DNA of 64,000 bases from a virus: IMG/VR virus record IMGVR_UViG_3300008266_000014, positions 64,001-128,000 of that record; one strand, given 5' to 3'. The stretch's first letter is position 1. The number at the start of each line of letters is the position of its first letter. Below the pieces are notes generated by a model that worked only from the letters and a program-made list of their open reading frames with translations, was not told the DNA's origin and did no database searches. The position numbers and the translations under genes are program-made. Below are positions 1 through 9,275 of this stretch, piece by piece.

Positions 1-1033
1 AATGACTGGTCCTACAGGTCTTATTTTCGCAATGCGTTCGAAGTACAGCAATGCTACAAACAGCGCTGTTGAAACATTCTACAATGAAGTTAATACTTCG
101 TTCTCGACTCAAGTTTCTGGTGCCAACACACTAGGTCAGAAGAATGTTGGTGGATATCCAGGTAACACAACTACCGGTACTGCTAACCTTGCTGAAACTG
201 GTATCTACAACTTTGGCTCCGGCATGGCTACTGCTAACGCAGAAAGCAACAATGCATTTGCTGAAATGGCTTTCTCGATCGAGAAAGTTACTGTCACAGC
301 TAAGTCGCGTGCTCTAAAAGCTGAGTACTCGATGGAACTCGCACAAGACTTGAAAGCAATTCATGGTCTTGACGCTGAGACAGAATTGTCGAACATCCTA
401 TCGGCTGAAATCCTTGCTGAAATCAACCGTGAAGTCGTTCGTACAATCAACGTAACAGCTACCCGTGGTGCTACTGAGAACACCACAACCACTGGACGTT
501 TTGACCTCGACACCGACTCGAACGGTCGTTGGAGCGTTGAGAAGTTCAAGGGTCTAATGTTCCAAGTTGAGCGTGAAGCTAACCAAATTGCCAAAGCTAC
601 TCGTAGAGGCAAAGGTAACATGATCATCTGCTCGTCTGATGTTGCTTCGGCACTCCAGATGGCTGGTGTTCTTGATTACGCTCCTGCTCTAAACAGCAAC
701 AATCTAAACGTCGATGACACAGGCAATACTTTTGCTGGTGTTCTCAATGGACGTATCCGTGTCTACATCGATCCATATGCAACTGGTAACTACCTAACTG
801 TTGGTTACAAAGGTTCGTCGGCATTCGATGCTGGTCTCTTCTACTGCCCATATGTTCCACTACAGATGGTCCGTGCTGTTGACCCAGACACCTTCCAGCC
901 TAAGATTGGTTTCAAGACACGTTATGGTATGGTTGCTAACCCATTTGCAGAGGGTGCAACAGTTGGACTTGGCGCATTGACCAAGGACAGCAACGTCTAC
1001 TATCGTCGTGTTCTAGTTGACAATCTAATGTAA
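1..1033 (+). CDS. gp23: T4-like major capsid protein (5'-truncated by window)
   Basis: Typical gp23 motifs PTGLIFAMRS, KSRALKAEYSMELAQDLKAIHGLDAE, AGLFYCPYVPL, QPKIGFKTRYG. Confidence 0.98.
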   Translation, partial: MTGPTGLIFAMRSKYSNATNSAVETFYNEVNTSFSTQVSGANTLGQKNVGGYPGNTTTGTANLAETGIYNFGSGMATANAESNNAFAEMAFSIEKVTVTAKSRALKAEYSMELAQDLKAIHGLDAETELSNILSAEILAEINREVVRTINVTATRGATENTTTTGRFDLDTDSNGRWSVEKFKGLMFQVEREANQIAKATRRGKGNMIICSSDVASALQMAGVLDYAPALNSNNLNVDDTGNTFAGVLNGRIRVYIDPYATGNYLTVGYKGSSAFDAGLFYCPYVPLQMVRAVDPDTFQPKIGFKTRYGMVANPFAEGATVGLGALTKDSNVYYRRVLVDNLM

Positions 1034-1068
1034 TAGTAGTTAGAATAATAATTATATAATCATGCTTT

Positions 1069-1096
1069 AAGGGGGCTCACAAGGCCCCCTTTTTTT
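1069..1096 (+). terminator. Rho-independent terminator after gp23
   Basis: aagggggc-tcacaag-gccccctt followed by a T-run. Confidence 0.9.
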
Positions 1097-1128
1097 GTTT
1101 GGATAAATAGAAAGAAAAAGGATCAACC

Positions 1129-1671
1129 ATGAGTGCTGTAGATAATACACCCACAAATAGAAACTTTCTTTCTCCTTTAAACTTCAAAATGGTGCTTCAA
1201 AGAGCACCAATGATCTCGTTCTTTCTTCAGTCGTTCTCACTACCAGGATTGACATTTGAAGGTCCAATGACGATGCCTACACCTTTCGTCAAGATACCTT
1301 TACCTGGAGATCACCTCAACTTTGCTCCGCTAACAGTATCTTTTGCTGTTGATGAGGATATGAAAAACTACTTGGAGATATTCAATTGGATTTCAAGTAT
1401 CGCAGGTCCTGCTTCTTTAACGCCTGGCGAAGTAAACACACTTTACGGTCTTGACAATTCAATTGGAACCGATCCCCTTAGTACCATCAGGTCTGATATT
1501 AAAATACTAATTCTATCAAGTTCAAAGAACCCAAATATTGAGATTACTTTTAAAGATGCTTTTCCATCTGCATTGGGAGAAATGTCTTTCGCAACAACCT
1601 CATCATCTGTCAACTATCTTGAGTCTACAGTGACATTTGAATACATTAAGTACGAGATTGTCAAGTTATAG
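1129..1671 (+). CDS. gp3: Tail tube terminator / tail completion protein
   Basis: NRNFLSPLNF, SLPGL, PGDHLNF, VDEDMKNYLEIFNW, DAFP motifs; T4-like synteny gp23-gp3-uvsY-uvsW. Confidence 0.85.
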   Translation: MSAVDNTPTNRNFLSPLNFKMVLQRAPMISFFLQSFSLPGLTFEGPMTMPTPFVKIPLPGDHLNFAPLTVSFAVDEDMKNYLEIFNWISSIAGPASLTPGEVNTLYGLDNSIGTDPLSTIRSDIKILILSSSKNPNIEITFKDAFPSALGEMSFATTSSSVNYLESTVTFEYIKYEIVKL

Positions 1672-1700
1672 TTGACCTTTTAATAAAAATACATTATACT
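1672..1700 (+). promoter_or_regulatory. sigma70-type (early) promoter for uvsY
   Basis: TTGACC-N17-TATACT. Confidence 0.7.
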
Positions 1701-1723
1701 CTCCTGCAGAATAGGAGAACTTT

Positions 1724-2158
1724 ATGAAAACAGAAGAGCTGATTCAAGAGTGGGAAAGAGACAGCATAATAGACAGTACAGAACTTGGAAAAGAGTCGCT
1801 TCGAATTCCTCAACTCCACTCAAAATATCTTAAAGAGTTTTATATGGCAAAGACTCTTCTTGCAAAACTTACTCAAGAATACAAATCGCTATATAAATTG
1901 AGATATCAATACTATCAGGGAATTCTACCTAAAGAAGATCTTGATCAACATGGGTGGGACCCACAGCCGCTCAAGATATTAAAGTCAGACATACCAATCT
2001 ACATTGAGTCGGATGATCTGCTACAGATCCAGCAACAAAAGATTAAACTAATAGAAGATAAAATAGAATTTCTTGAAAATATTATCAGAACACTCAACAA
2101 CAGGGGATACCTTTTGAAAAATTGCATTGAGTGGGAAAAATTCAAAATGGGATTATGA
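1724..2158 (+). CDS. uvsY: Recombination mediator UvsY
   Basis: WERDSIID..L..ESLRIPQLHSKY, YYQG, KNCIEW motifs; synteny. Confidence 0.9.
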   Translation: MKTEELIQEWERDSIIDSTELGKESLRIPQLHSKYLKEFYMAKTLLAKLTQEYKSLYKLRYQYYQGILPKEDLDQHGWDPQPLKILKSDIPIYIESDDLLQIQQQKIKLIEDKIEFLENIIRTLNNRGYLLKNCIEWEKFKMGL

Positions 2159-3597
2159 TAAAGATTGAAAAGTTCAATGAGACTTACATCAAGGTACATT
2201 GTGAGGATGATATTGCCCAGCAACTGGGTGATTACTTCACTTTTGAAGTACCTGGTGCTAAGTTTATCCCAGCAGTCAGAAATAAAAAATGGGATGGTAA
2301 GATAAGACTTTTCAACTCTGGTACGCACCACATATATGCTGGACTAATTGATTACGTAACCGATTTTGCTGCACAAAATGAATATGACGTTGAATTATTG
2401 TCTGACTTTTCAGACAATAAAGAAAAAATAGATCTCGAGAAATTTGTTGAAGATATCGGTGCAGCGAAGACACCAAGAGACTATCAATTTGCTGCTCTTG
2501 ATCATGCTATCAGAAAACAAAGAGCACTGCTTCTTTCTCCCACTGCATCAGGTAAGTCGTTAATCATTTACCTTCTATGTAGATTCTACAATCAAAAAAC
2601 TCTTATTATTGTTCCTACAACAAGTCTTGTTCATCAGATGTACTCTGATTTTGAAGAGTACGGGTTTGATTCAAAGAGTAACTGCCATATGATATTTTCA
2701 GGGCAGGAGAAAGAAACAGATAAACAAATTTATATTTCTACGTGGCAGTCAATTTATAACATGCCACGTAAATGGTTTCAACAGTTCAATGTTGTGATTG
2801 GTGATGAGGCTCATTTATTCAAGGCTAAATCACTTACAACAATCATGCAGAATCTAAGCAGCTGTAAGTATAGGTTTGGATTCACGGGCACCCTTGATGG
2901 TTCACAAACCCACAAACTTGTTCTTGAAGGGTTGTTTGGTACAGTAAAAAAAGTAACAACAACTGCTAGTCTGATCGAACAAAAGCATCTCTCTAACTTC
3001 AAAGTTAAAGCTGTTGTTCTTAAGTACGACGATTACTATAAGAACCTAATGAAGAATGCTTCTTACAGAGACGAGATAGCGTTTCTTGTTAACCACATAC
3101 CAAGAAATGAGTTCATATGCAATATAGCAGCCAATCTAAAAGGCAACACACTTATACTGTATCAATATGTTGATGCGCATGGAAAAGCACTTTACGACAT
3201 TTTAAAAAACGATGTTAAATATGATAAACCACTTTTTTTCGTTTCTGGTCAGGTATCTGGTGAGGATAGAAATTCTATTAGAAGAACTTTGGAGCTGGAA
3301 GCTGATTCGATTACTGTCGCTTCTTATGGCACTTTTTCTACTGGCGTCAATATTACGAACTTGCACAATATCATTTTCGCTTCACCTTCAAAATCAAGAA
3401 TCAAGGTCTTACAGTCCATCGGACGCGGACTACGAAGAGGATCAAAAAAAGACACAGCCTGCTTATACGACATAGCAGATGATTTGCAGTGGAAACATCG
3501 TCCTAATTACACACTGAAACATTTCGTAGAACGAGTAAGGATATATAGTGAAGAAAGGTTCGAATACAAAACGTACTCTATCGACCTCAAAGGATAA
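2155..3597 (+). CDS. uvsW: SF2 DNA helicase UvsW
   Basis: SPTASGKS, GDEAH, QSIGRGLR motifs; WDGKIRLF N-terminal motif; ATG at 2155 overlapping the uvsY stop. Confidence 0.95.
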   Translation: MIKIEKFNETYIKVHCEDDIAQQLGDYFTFEVPGAKFIPAVRNKKWDGKIRLFNSGTHHIYAGLIDYVTDFAAQNEYDVELLSDFSDNKEKIDLEKFVEDIGAAKTPRDYQFAALDHAIRKQRALLLSPTASGKSLIIYLLCRFYNQKTLIIVPTTSLVHQMYSDFEEYGFDSKSNCHMIFSGQEKETDKQIYISTWQSIYNMPRKWFQQFNVVIGDEAHLFKAKSLTTIMQNLSSCKYRFGFTGTLDGSQTHKLVLEGLFGTVKKVTTTASLIEQKHLSNFKVKAVVLKYDDYYKNLMKNASYRDEIAFLVNHIPRNEFICNIAANLKGNTLILYQYVDAHGKALYDILKNDVKYDKPLFFVSGQVSGEDRNSIRRTLELEADSITVASYGTFSTGVNITNLHNIIFASPSKSRIKVLQSIGRGLRRGSKKDTACLYDIADDLQWKHRPNYTLKHFVERVRIYSEERFEYKTYSIDLKG

Positions 3598-3599
3598 AG

Positions 3600-4004
3600 A
3601 TGGTAAAAATTGTCAAGCTCCAAAATAATGTAGAGATTATAGGCAATATTGACTTGGTTGATGGTGAAAAGGTAGTTGTAGAAAACCCATTTAGCATTAA
3701 TTATATGATTTCTCCAAGAAGTGAAAGACCAATTGTAGGACTACTAAGGTATATGCCGTTTGCAGAAAATCGAGAAATAGAATTTAAGATGAGTGATGTT
3801 TTGCATGTAGTAGATGCAAGGCAGTCAATGTCAAACTACTATTCAGCTGTACTGGCAAATCACATTGGTGAAATAGATGATACGATTGATCGCGAATTGG
3901 AGCAAGTTGCTGAGATAGAGTCCAGTACACACAATACTGAAGAACCCACAGACTTACTATCAGCAATGCTTGAAAGAATAAATTCAAACAATAACCTACA
4001 TTGA
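3600..4004 (+). CDS. Conserved T4-like hypothetical (Sm-like fold probable)
   Basis: KIVKL..EIIG pattern; position between uvsW and gp55. Confidence 0.6.
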   Translation: MVKIVKLQNNVEIIGNIDLVDGEKVVVENPFSINYMISPRSERPIVGLLRYMPFAENREIEFKMSDVLHVVDARQSMSNYYSAVLANHIGEIDDTIDRELEQVAEIESSTHNTEEPTDLLSAMLERINSNNNLH

Positions 4005-4006
4005 CT

Positions 4007-4546
4007 ATGGCAGAACATTATATTGATAATAAGACTTTCTACGAAGCTATAAAGAAATACAAAGAAAGTGTCCTACTTGCTGAGAAAGAAGGTAAAACAA
4101 AACCTAGGGTTCCTAACTACATTGGAGAGTGTATTTTACTGATAGCGAACCGACTTGCAACCAAACCAAACTTCATCAACTACTCATACAAAGATGAAAT
4201 GGTTGCAGATGGAATTGAAAATTGTATGATGTATATTGATAACTTTGATCCAGAAAAGTCAACCAATCCTTTTGCATACTTCACACAAATTATATACTTT
4301 GCTTTTTTAAGAAGAATACAAAAAGAAAAAAAGCACTTGTATATCAAACACCAAGTCCTCAAAAACTCTCTCATTTCAGACGAACTTTTTAATATGCAGG
4401 ATGGGGACGATTTCGATGGTTCCACAGTAGAGAACATTGTAGATAACGATAAGATGAATGATTTTATCAAGTCTTTTGAGGAAGGACTCGAGAAGAAACG
4501 AAAGTCTTCACAAAAGGTTGGACTAGAAAAATACTTCGACGAATAA
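4007..4546 (+). CDS. gp55: Late transcription sigma factor
   Basis: HYIDNK, NFINYSYKDEMVADGIENC, NPFAYFTQI..AFLRRIQKEKK. Confidence 0.97.
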   Translation: MAEHYIDNKTFYEAIKKYKESVLLAEKEGKTKPRVPNYIGECILLIANRLATKPNFINYSYKDEMVADGIENCMMYIDNFDPEKSTNPFAYFTQIIYFAFLRRIQKEKKHLYIKHQVLKNSLISDELFNMQDGDDFDGSTVENIVDNDKMNDFIKSFEEGLEKKRKSSQKVGLEKYFDE

Positions 4547-4547
4547 T

Positions 4548-5594
4548 ATGAAAATAGCTTTAATTACAGATACGCATTTCGGAGCAAGAGGGGACAATGG
4601 AGCATTCGATAGACACTTCAAGAAGTTTTATGAAGAGACATTTTTTCCAACACTTGAACGAGAATCCATACACAGGGTGGTTCACCTTGGCGACATGTTC
4701 GATCGCCGTAAGTATATTAATTATCTTACTCTCAACAATTGTCGCGAGTATTTTTTCGATAATCTGGTTCGTATCGGGGCTACTCTGGATGTTATCGTGG
4801 GTAATCACGACGTGTTCTATAAAAACACAAACAAAATAAATTCACCAGAGTTGCTACTGAAAGAGTACGACAACATCACCGCGTGGAAAGATCCATCAGA
4901 AGTTGTTATAGGCGATATTGAACTGTTGTTTCTTCCATGGATCACTTCAGATAATTATGAACAGTCTATGAAGATGATAAAGAAGACTAGTGCAGAAGTT
5001 TGTTTTGGTCATCTCGAGATTGCTGGGTTTCAAATGTATAAAGGACATAAAAATGACCATGGATTCGACGCCTCAATATTTAATAGATTTGATGCTGTTT
5101 TTTCTGGGCACTTTCATCACCGTTCCACTAGTGGTAATATCACTTATCTTGGAAACCCTTATGAACTCACTTGGGCTGACTACCAAGACCCAAGAGGCTT
5201 CCACATCTTCGACACAAGCACACGAGAGCTGCAATTTATAAAAAACCCAGTAAATGTATTTCACAAGATATTCTTCAACGATTCATACACTATACAGAAC
5301 TATGATCATCTCAAAGATTGTTTTGTTAAGATCATAAACCAGAGTAAAGAAAGTGTACTTCTTGATATGCTTGTTGATAAGTTAGAGAAAGCAGACGTAG
5401 CAGATCTACAAGTTGTAGAAGATCACCACCATTTAGATCTACAAGATGAACAAGAAATAATTGAGGATGCAGAAGACACTCTTTCCATTCTCACAAAGTT
5501 CTGTGATCAAATAGACACCGATGTAGACAAGACAAGACTTAACTCGCTGATGAGAAATTTATACAGTGAAGCACTAGATTTAGAATCCAATTAA
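4548..5594 (+). CDS. gp47: Recombination endonuclease subunit (Mre11/SbcD-like)
   Basis: DTHFG, GDMFD, GNHD, GHFH metallophosphoesterase motifs; synteny. Confidence 0.95.
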   Translation: MKIALITDTHFGARGDNGAFDRHFKKFYEETFFPTLERESIHRVVHLGDMFDRRKYINYLTLNNCREYFFDNLVRIGATLDVIVGNHDVFYKNTNKINSPELLLKEYDNITAWKDPSEVVIGDIELLFLPWITSDNYEQSMKMIKKTSAEVCFGHLEIAGFQMYKGHKNDHGFDASIFNRFDAVFSGHFHHRSTSGNITYLGNPYELTWADYQDPRGFHIFDTSTRELQFIKNPVNVFHKIFFNDSYTIQNYDHLKDCFVKIINQSKESVLLDMLVDKLEKADVADLQVVEDHHHLDLQDEQEIIEDAEDTLSILTKFCDQIDTDVDKTRLNSLMRNLYSEALDLESN

Positions 5595-5600
5595 CGTCTA

Positions 5601-5678
5601 TGGGTGAATGCTAGTATGTGTTATCCACCCGGAAAGCTGCCAGACTTTCACAGGACCTAGCATTCGCCCACCCTTTTT
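5601..5678 (+). other. Structured intergenic element (14-bp closing stem with internal hairpin)
   Basis: tgggtgaatgctag 5601-5614 pairs with ctagcattcgccca 5657-5670; internal gaaag/ctttc hairpin. Confidence 0.6.
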
Positions 5679-5683
5679 GCTTT

Positions 5684-7399
5684 ATGATCTTATTTAAAAA
5701 TATCAAATGGAAAAACATTCTATCCACAGGTGATGCGTGGACAGAAATAAGTTTTACCAGATCAAAATCTACACTGATTGTTGGAGAGAATGGTGCTGGT
5801 AAGAGTACTATTCTTGACGCTCTTTGCTTTGCCCTTTTTGGCAAACCATTTAGAAAAGTCAATAAGTCTCAACTAGTCAATTCAATAAACAAAAAAGGAC
5901 TCTTAGTTGAGGTAGAATTTTCTGTAGGTAGAAAGAACTACACCATAAAAAGAGGGATCAAGCCTAACTTTTTCGAAATATATTCCGATGGTGAAATGGT
6001 AAACCAATCATCTGAAACAAAGGAGTATCAAGAGTATCTAGAAAGGAATATCCTCAAACTAAACTTCAAGTCGTTCTCACAAATAGTTATTCTTGGCAGC
6101 GCTTCGTTTGTTCCATTTATGCAGCTGACTGCTGCTAATCGTAGAGAGATTATTGAAGATCTGTTAGACATTCAGATCTTCTCGACGATGAATTCTTTAC
6201 TCAAAGAAAAGGTGTCTCAGAACAAAACAGATCTTCAGGAAATAACATACGAAATGAAACTTGTTGGTGAGAAGATTGAGATGAATAAGAAGTTAATCCA
6301 GTCTCTCAAAGAAAACAACAAAGGGGAGGAAGAGAAAAAGATTCAGAAGGGGATTGAGGTATCTGGTAATTTACAGCTTGCTTTGTCAGAACTTAAAGCC
6401 AATCAAGATTCAGTTGAGCAACTAAGAAAAACAATATCTGATCAGGAACAAGTAGACGAGAAACGGTCGAAACTAATATCTCTCAGACAGGACCTGCAGC
6501 AAAAGATCAATCATATCAATGCGGATGTAGATTTCTTCGATAAGCATGACAACTGTCCTACCTGCAAACAGTCTATTGATACAAACTTCAAACATACAAC
6601 CGTTACTGAAAAACAGACACTTCTCACTGAGTGTACATCATCAATTGAAAAGATCAATGCTAAGTTATCTATTATAGAACAGCGTAACAAAGAGATTGCA
6701 GATGTTCTTTCTATCATAGATGAAAACAACTCAGCTGCTAGGGATATTCAAACCCAGATTAAAATTTATGAAGCAACACTAACTCAGTTACGCCAAGAAG
6801 TAAAAGACTTAAGAAGTAAAAACAAGCAGATTGAAGTAGATAACACAGAGCTAGACACTCTCAAAGAAGATTTAAAACAATCAATTACAACAAAAGAACA
6901 ACTTCTTGCTGATAAATCCATACTTGATGTTGCATCGGTACTTTTAAAAGACTCAGGAGTAAAAACTAGGATTATCAAGCAGTATGTTCCCGTAATAAAT
7001 AAACTCGTAAACAAGTATCTTGCTGCAATGGACTTTTTTGTTAACTTTGAGTTAAATGAGAACTTTGAGGAGACTATAAAGTCAAGACATAGAGATGAGT
7101 TCAGCTATGAATCATTCTCTGAGGGTGAGAAGATGCGTATTGATCTTGCTCTACTCTTTACATGGAGAGCAATCAGTAAAATGAGGAACTCTGCATCTAC
7201 AAACTTACTAATTATGGATGAAGTATTCGATAGCTCTCTTGATAATAATGGTACAGAAGAGTTCCTAAAAATTATCAGTACATTAACTTCCGACACAAAC
7301 CTATTTGTTATATCTCACAAAGGGGATCAACTTTTTGATAAGTTCCACTCTGTGATCAAATTCCAAAAGCATAAAAACTTTAGCACGATGGTGAAATAA
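5684..7399 (+). CDS. gp46: Recombination endonuclease ATPase subunit (Rad50/SbcC-like)
   Basis: GENGAGKST Walker A, CPTC zinc hook, FSEGEK signature, MDEVFD Walker B; probable start at MILFKNIKW. Confidence 0.96.
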   Translation: MILFKNIKWKNILSTGDAWTEISFTRSKSTLIVGENGAGKSTILDALCFALFGKPFRKVNKSQLVNSINKKGLLVEVEFSVGRKNYTIKRGIKPNFFEIYSDGEMVNQSSETKEYQEYLERNILKLNFKSFSQIVILGSASFVPFMQLTAANRREIIEDLLDIQIFSTMNSLLKEKVSQNKTDLQEITYEMKLVGEKIEMNKKLIQSLKENNKGEEEKKIQKGIEVSGNLQLALSELKANQDSVEQLRKTISDQEQVDEKRSKLISLRQDLQQKINHINADVDFFDKHDNCPTCKQSIDTNFKHTTVTEKQTLLTECTSSIEKINAKLSIIEQRNKEIADVLSIIDENNSAARDIQTQIKIYEATLTQLRQEVKDLRSKNKQIEVDNTELDTLKEDLKQSITTKEQLLADKSILDVASVLLKDSGVKTRIIKQYVPVINKLVNKYLAAMDFFVNFELNENFEETIKSRHRDEFSYESFSEGEKMRIDLALLFTWRAISKMRNSASTNLLIMDEVFDSSLDNNGTEEFLKIISTLTSDTNLFVISHKGDQLFDKFHSVIKFQKHKNFSTMVK

Positions 7400-7917
7400 T
7401 GATATATGATCTTGTACCTCCTGACCATCCTCTATTGAGGACCAAACTTGAGAGGTTTAATTTTACTGATCCCCCCATCAATCCTCATGAGTTGGCTAAC
7501 AATCTTATTGAAACGATGGTGCACTATCAAGGGATCGGTCTCTCAGCTAATCAGTGTGGTCTTCCTTATCGAGTTTTTGTTTTGTGGTCTAACCCAACAA
7601 AAGTCATGTTCAATCCTACCGTGGCAGATGTATCAACCGAAGATATTTTGCTTGAAGAAGGATGCTTGACTTATCCCAATCTTTTTATTAAAATCAAGAG
7701 ACCTAAATTAGTCAGAGTCCGTTACATGGATTCTTTTGGTGAAGCACATACAGACAAATTTACTGGGATGTCCGCTCGTTGCGTTCTTCATGAGGTGGAT
7801 CATCTGAACGGTGTTAACTTCACTCTCAAAGCCAATAAGTTTCATTATGATCAAGCGATGAGGCAGAGGAGCAAGAGAATGAAATCATATAAGGTGCCTA
7901 CATATGAGCAAAATTAA
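7399..7917 (+). CDS. def: Peptide deformylase
   Basis: GIGLSANQCG, EGCL, HEVDH motifs. Confidence 0.95.
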   Translation: MIYDLVPPDHPLLRTKLERFNFTDPPINPHELANNLIETMVHYQGIGLSANQCGLPYRVFVLWSNPTKVMFNPTVADVSTEDILLEEGCLTYPNLFIKIKRPKLVRVRYMDSFGEAHTDKFTGMSARCVLHEVDHLNGVNFTLKANKFHYDQAMRQRSKRMKSYKVPTYEQN

Positions 7918-8755
7918 AGTAGCAGAATTATTTTATAGTCTTCAGGGTGAAGGAAAATACGTTGGGGTACCTAGTGTGTTTCTTCGCACTTTCGGTTGTA
8001 ACTTCACGTGTAGTGGATTTGGAATGCCATCAGGTCAACTTTCTACGGAACGCGAAGCAATTGTAAAGAACATTGACCAGTATAAATCGTATAATGATCT
8101 GCCTCTTGTTCATACAGGCTGTGATTCATATGCAAGTTGGGATCCAAGATTCAAGCACCTGTCTCCGCTGTTTACTACAGACGAGATTGTTGATAAGATT
8201 ATGACACTTCTTCCAGAACAGAAGTGGAACAATGAACATTTAATTATTACTGGTGGTGAGCCTTTGCTTGGGTGGCAACGGTCTTATGAGGATTTGTTGA
8301 ATCATGAAAAGATGGAAGGTCTTTCATCACTTACTTTTGAAACAAACGGAACACAGAAGCTAACAGAAGATTTTAAAAAGTATCTATACAAATATTCTAG
8401 GTTACACAAAGGAAGCACAGAGATTGTTTTCTCTGTCAGTGCTAAGTTAAGTCCGTCAGGTGAGAAGTGGGAGGAGGCAATTCTTCCGGATGTTGTAAAA
8501 GAATATGATTGGTATGGTGAAGTGTATTTGAAGTTCGTTGTCGATAAAGAGACAGATATATACGAAATCGATAGAGCAGTTGCTGCTTATCGTGATGTCG
8601 GTATTCGTGGTGATGTTTATTTAATGCCAGTTGGTGGTACTGACCAACTTTACTTTAACAACTACCGAGCAGTTGCAGAGATGGCAATGAAGCGTGGCTG
8701 GAGATACAGTCCAAGACTACAGGTAGATATATGGAGAAACGCATGGGGAACATGA
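7904..8755 (+). CDS. queE: 7-carboxy-7-deazaguanine synthase (radical SAM)
   Basis: ELFYSLQGEG, FLRTFGCNFTC, CDS, ITGGEP, FETNGT, SPRLQV. Confidence 0.92.
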   Translation: MSKIKVAELFYSLQGEGKYVGVPSVFLRTFGCNFTCSGFGMPSGQLSTEREAIVKNIDQYKSYNDLPLVHTGCDSYASWDPRFKHLSPLFTTDEIVDKIMTLLPEQKWNNEHLIITGGEPLLGWQRSYEDLLNHEKMEGLSSLTFETNGTQKLTEDFKKYLYKYSRLHKGSTEIVFSVSAKLSPSGEKWEEAILPDVVKEYDWYGEVYLKFVVDKETDIYEIDRAVAAYRDVGIRGDVYLMPVGGTDQLYFNNYRAVAEMAMKRGWRYSPRLQVDIWRNAWGT

Positions 8756-8758
8756 TTT

Positions 8759-9199
8759 ATGGACATTACAACGGATGATTTCTTCAAAGCAGTGGCTTGT
8801 CTTCATCAGCAAATCAGAAACTCTGAGGATACGTTTGACAGCGTTGTTGGGATCTCTCGTGGGGGCCTTATTAGTGGCGTTATTCTCTCTCACCGTCTTG
8901 AGATTCCTTTTCGACCTATTGAATGGTCATTAAGAGATTCTCATAGAAAATATATTCCACCCGATATCATTGTTGATGCGTGGGAAGGTAAGAAGATACT
9001 TCTTGTTGATGATATTGTTGATAGTGGGGAAACAATAGTAACAATTAAGAATCGTTTTGGAGATTCTTCTAAAAATGTTAAAGTGGCCTGCCTTGTCTAC
9101 AACAAAGAACAACAGTTAGTTATACCAGATTTTTGGTATGAATCTATTGACAGGAATGAGGATAAGGATTGGGTCAATTTCTGGTGGGAATCTAAATAA
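8759..9199 (+). CDS. Purine phosphoribosyltransferase (gpt-like)
   Basis: GISRGG and LLVDDIVDSGET PRPP-binding motif; C-terminal W..F.WE. Confidence 0.85.
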   Translation: MDITTDDFFKAVACLHQQIRNSEDTFDSVVGISRGGLISGVILSHRLEIPFRPIEWSLRDSHRKYIPPDIIVDAWEGKKILLVDDIVDSGETIVTIKNRFGDSSKNVKVACLVYNKEQQLVIPDFWYESIDRNEDKDWVNFWWESK

Positions 9200-9200
9200 A

Positions 9201-9275
9201 TTCTCATAGCGGCCTTTCTGGACTTCATCCCGCTTTATAAATTCTGCAGGCCTATATCTCATATAGGAGAATTTA
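9201..9275 (+). promoter_or_regulatory. Candidate preQ1-I-like riboswitch in the queD leader
   Basis: P1 AGCGG/CCGCU, loop ending CAUC-CC, AU-rich tail, then CCUAUAU/AUAUAGG hairpin covering the AGGAG SD. Confidence 0.5.

Noticed and set aside
5618-5683. N-terminal extension of gp46 from GTG 5618
   Set aside because: It lies inside the hairpin; gp46-like sequence begins at MILFKNIKW (5684).
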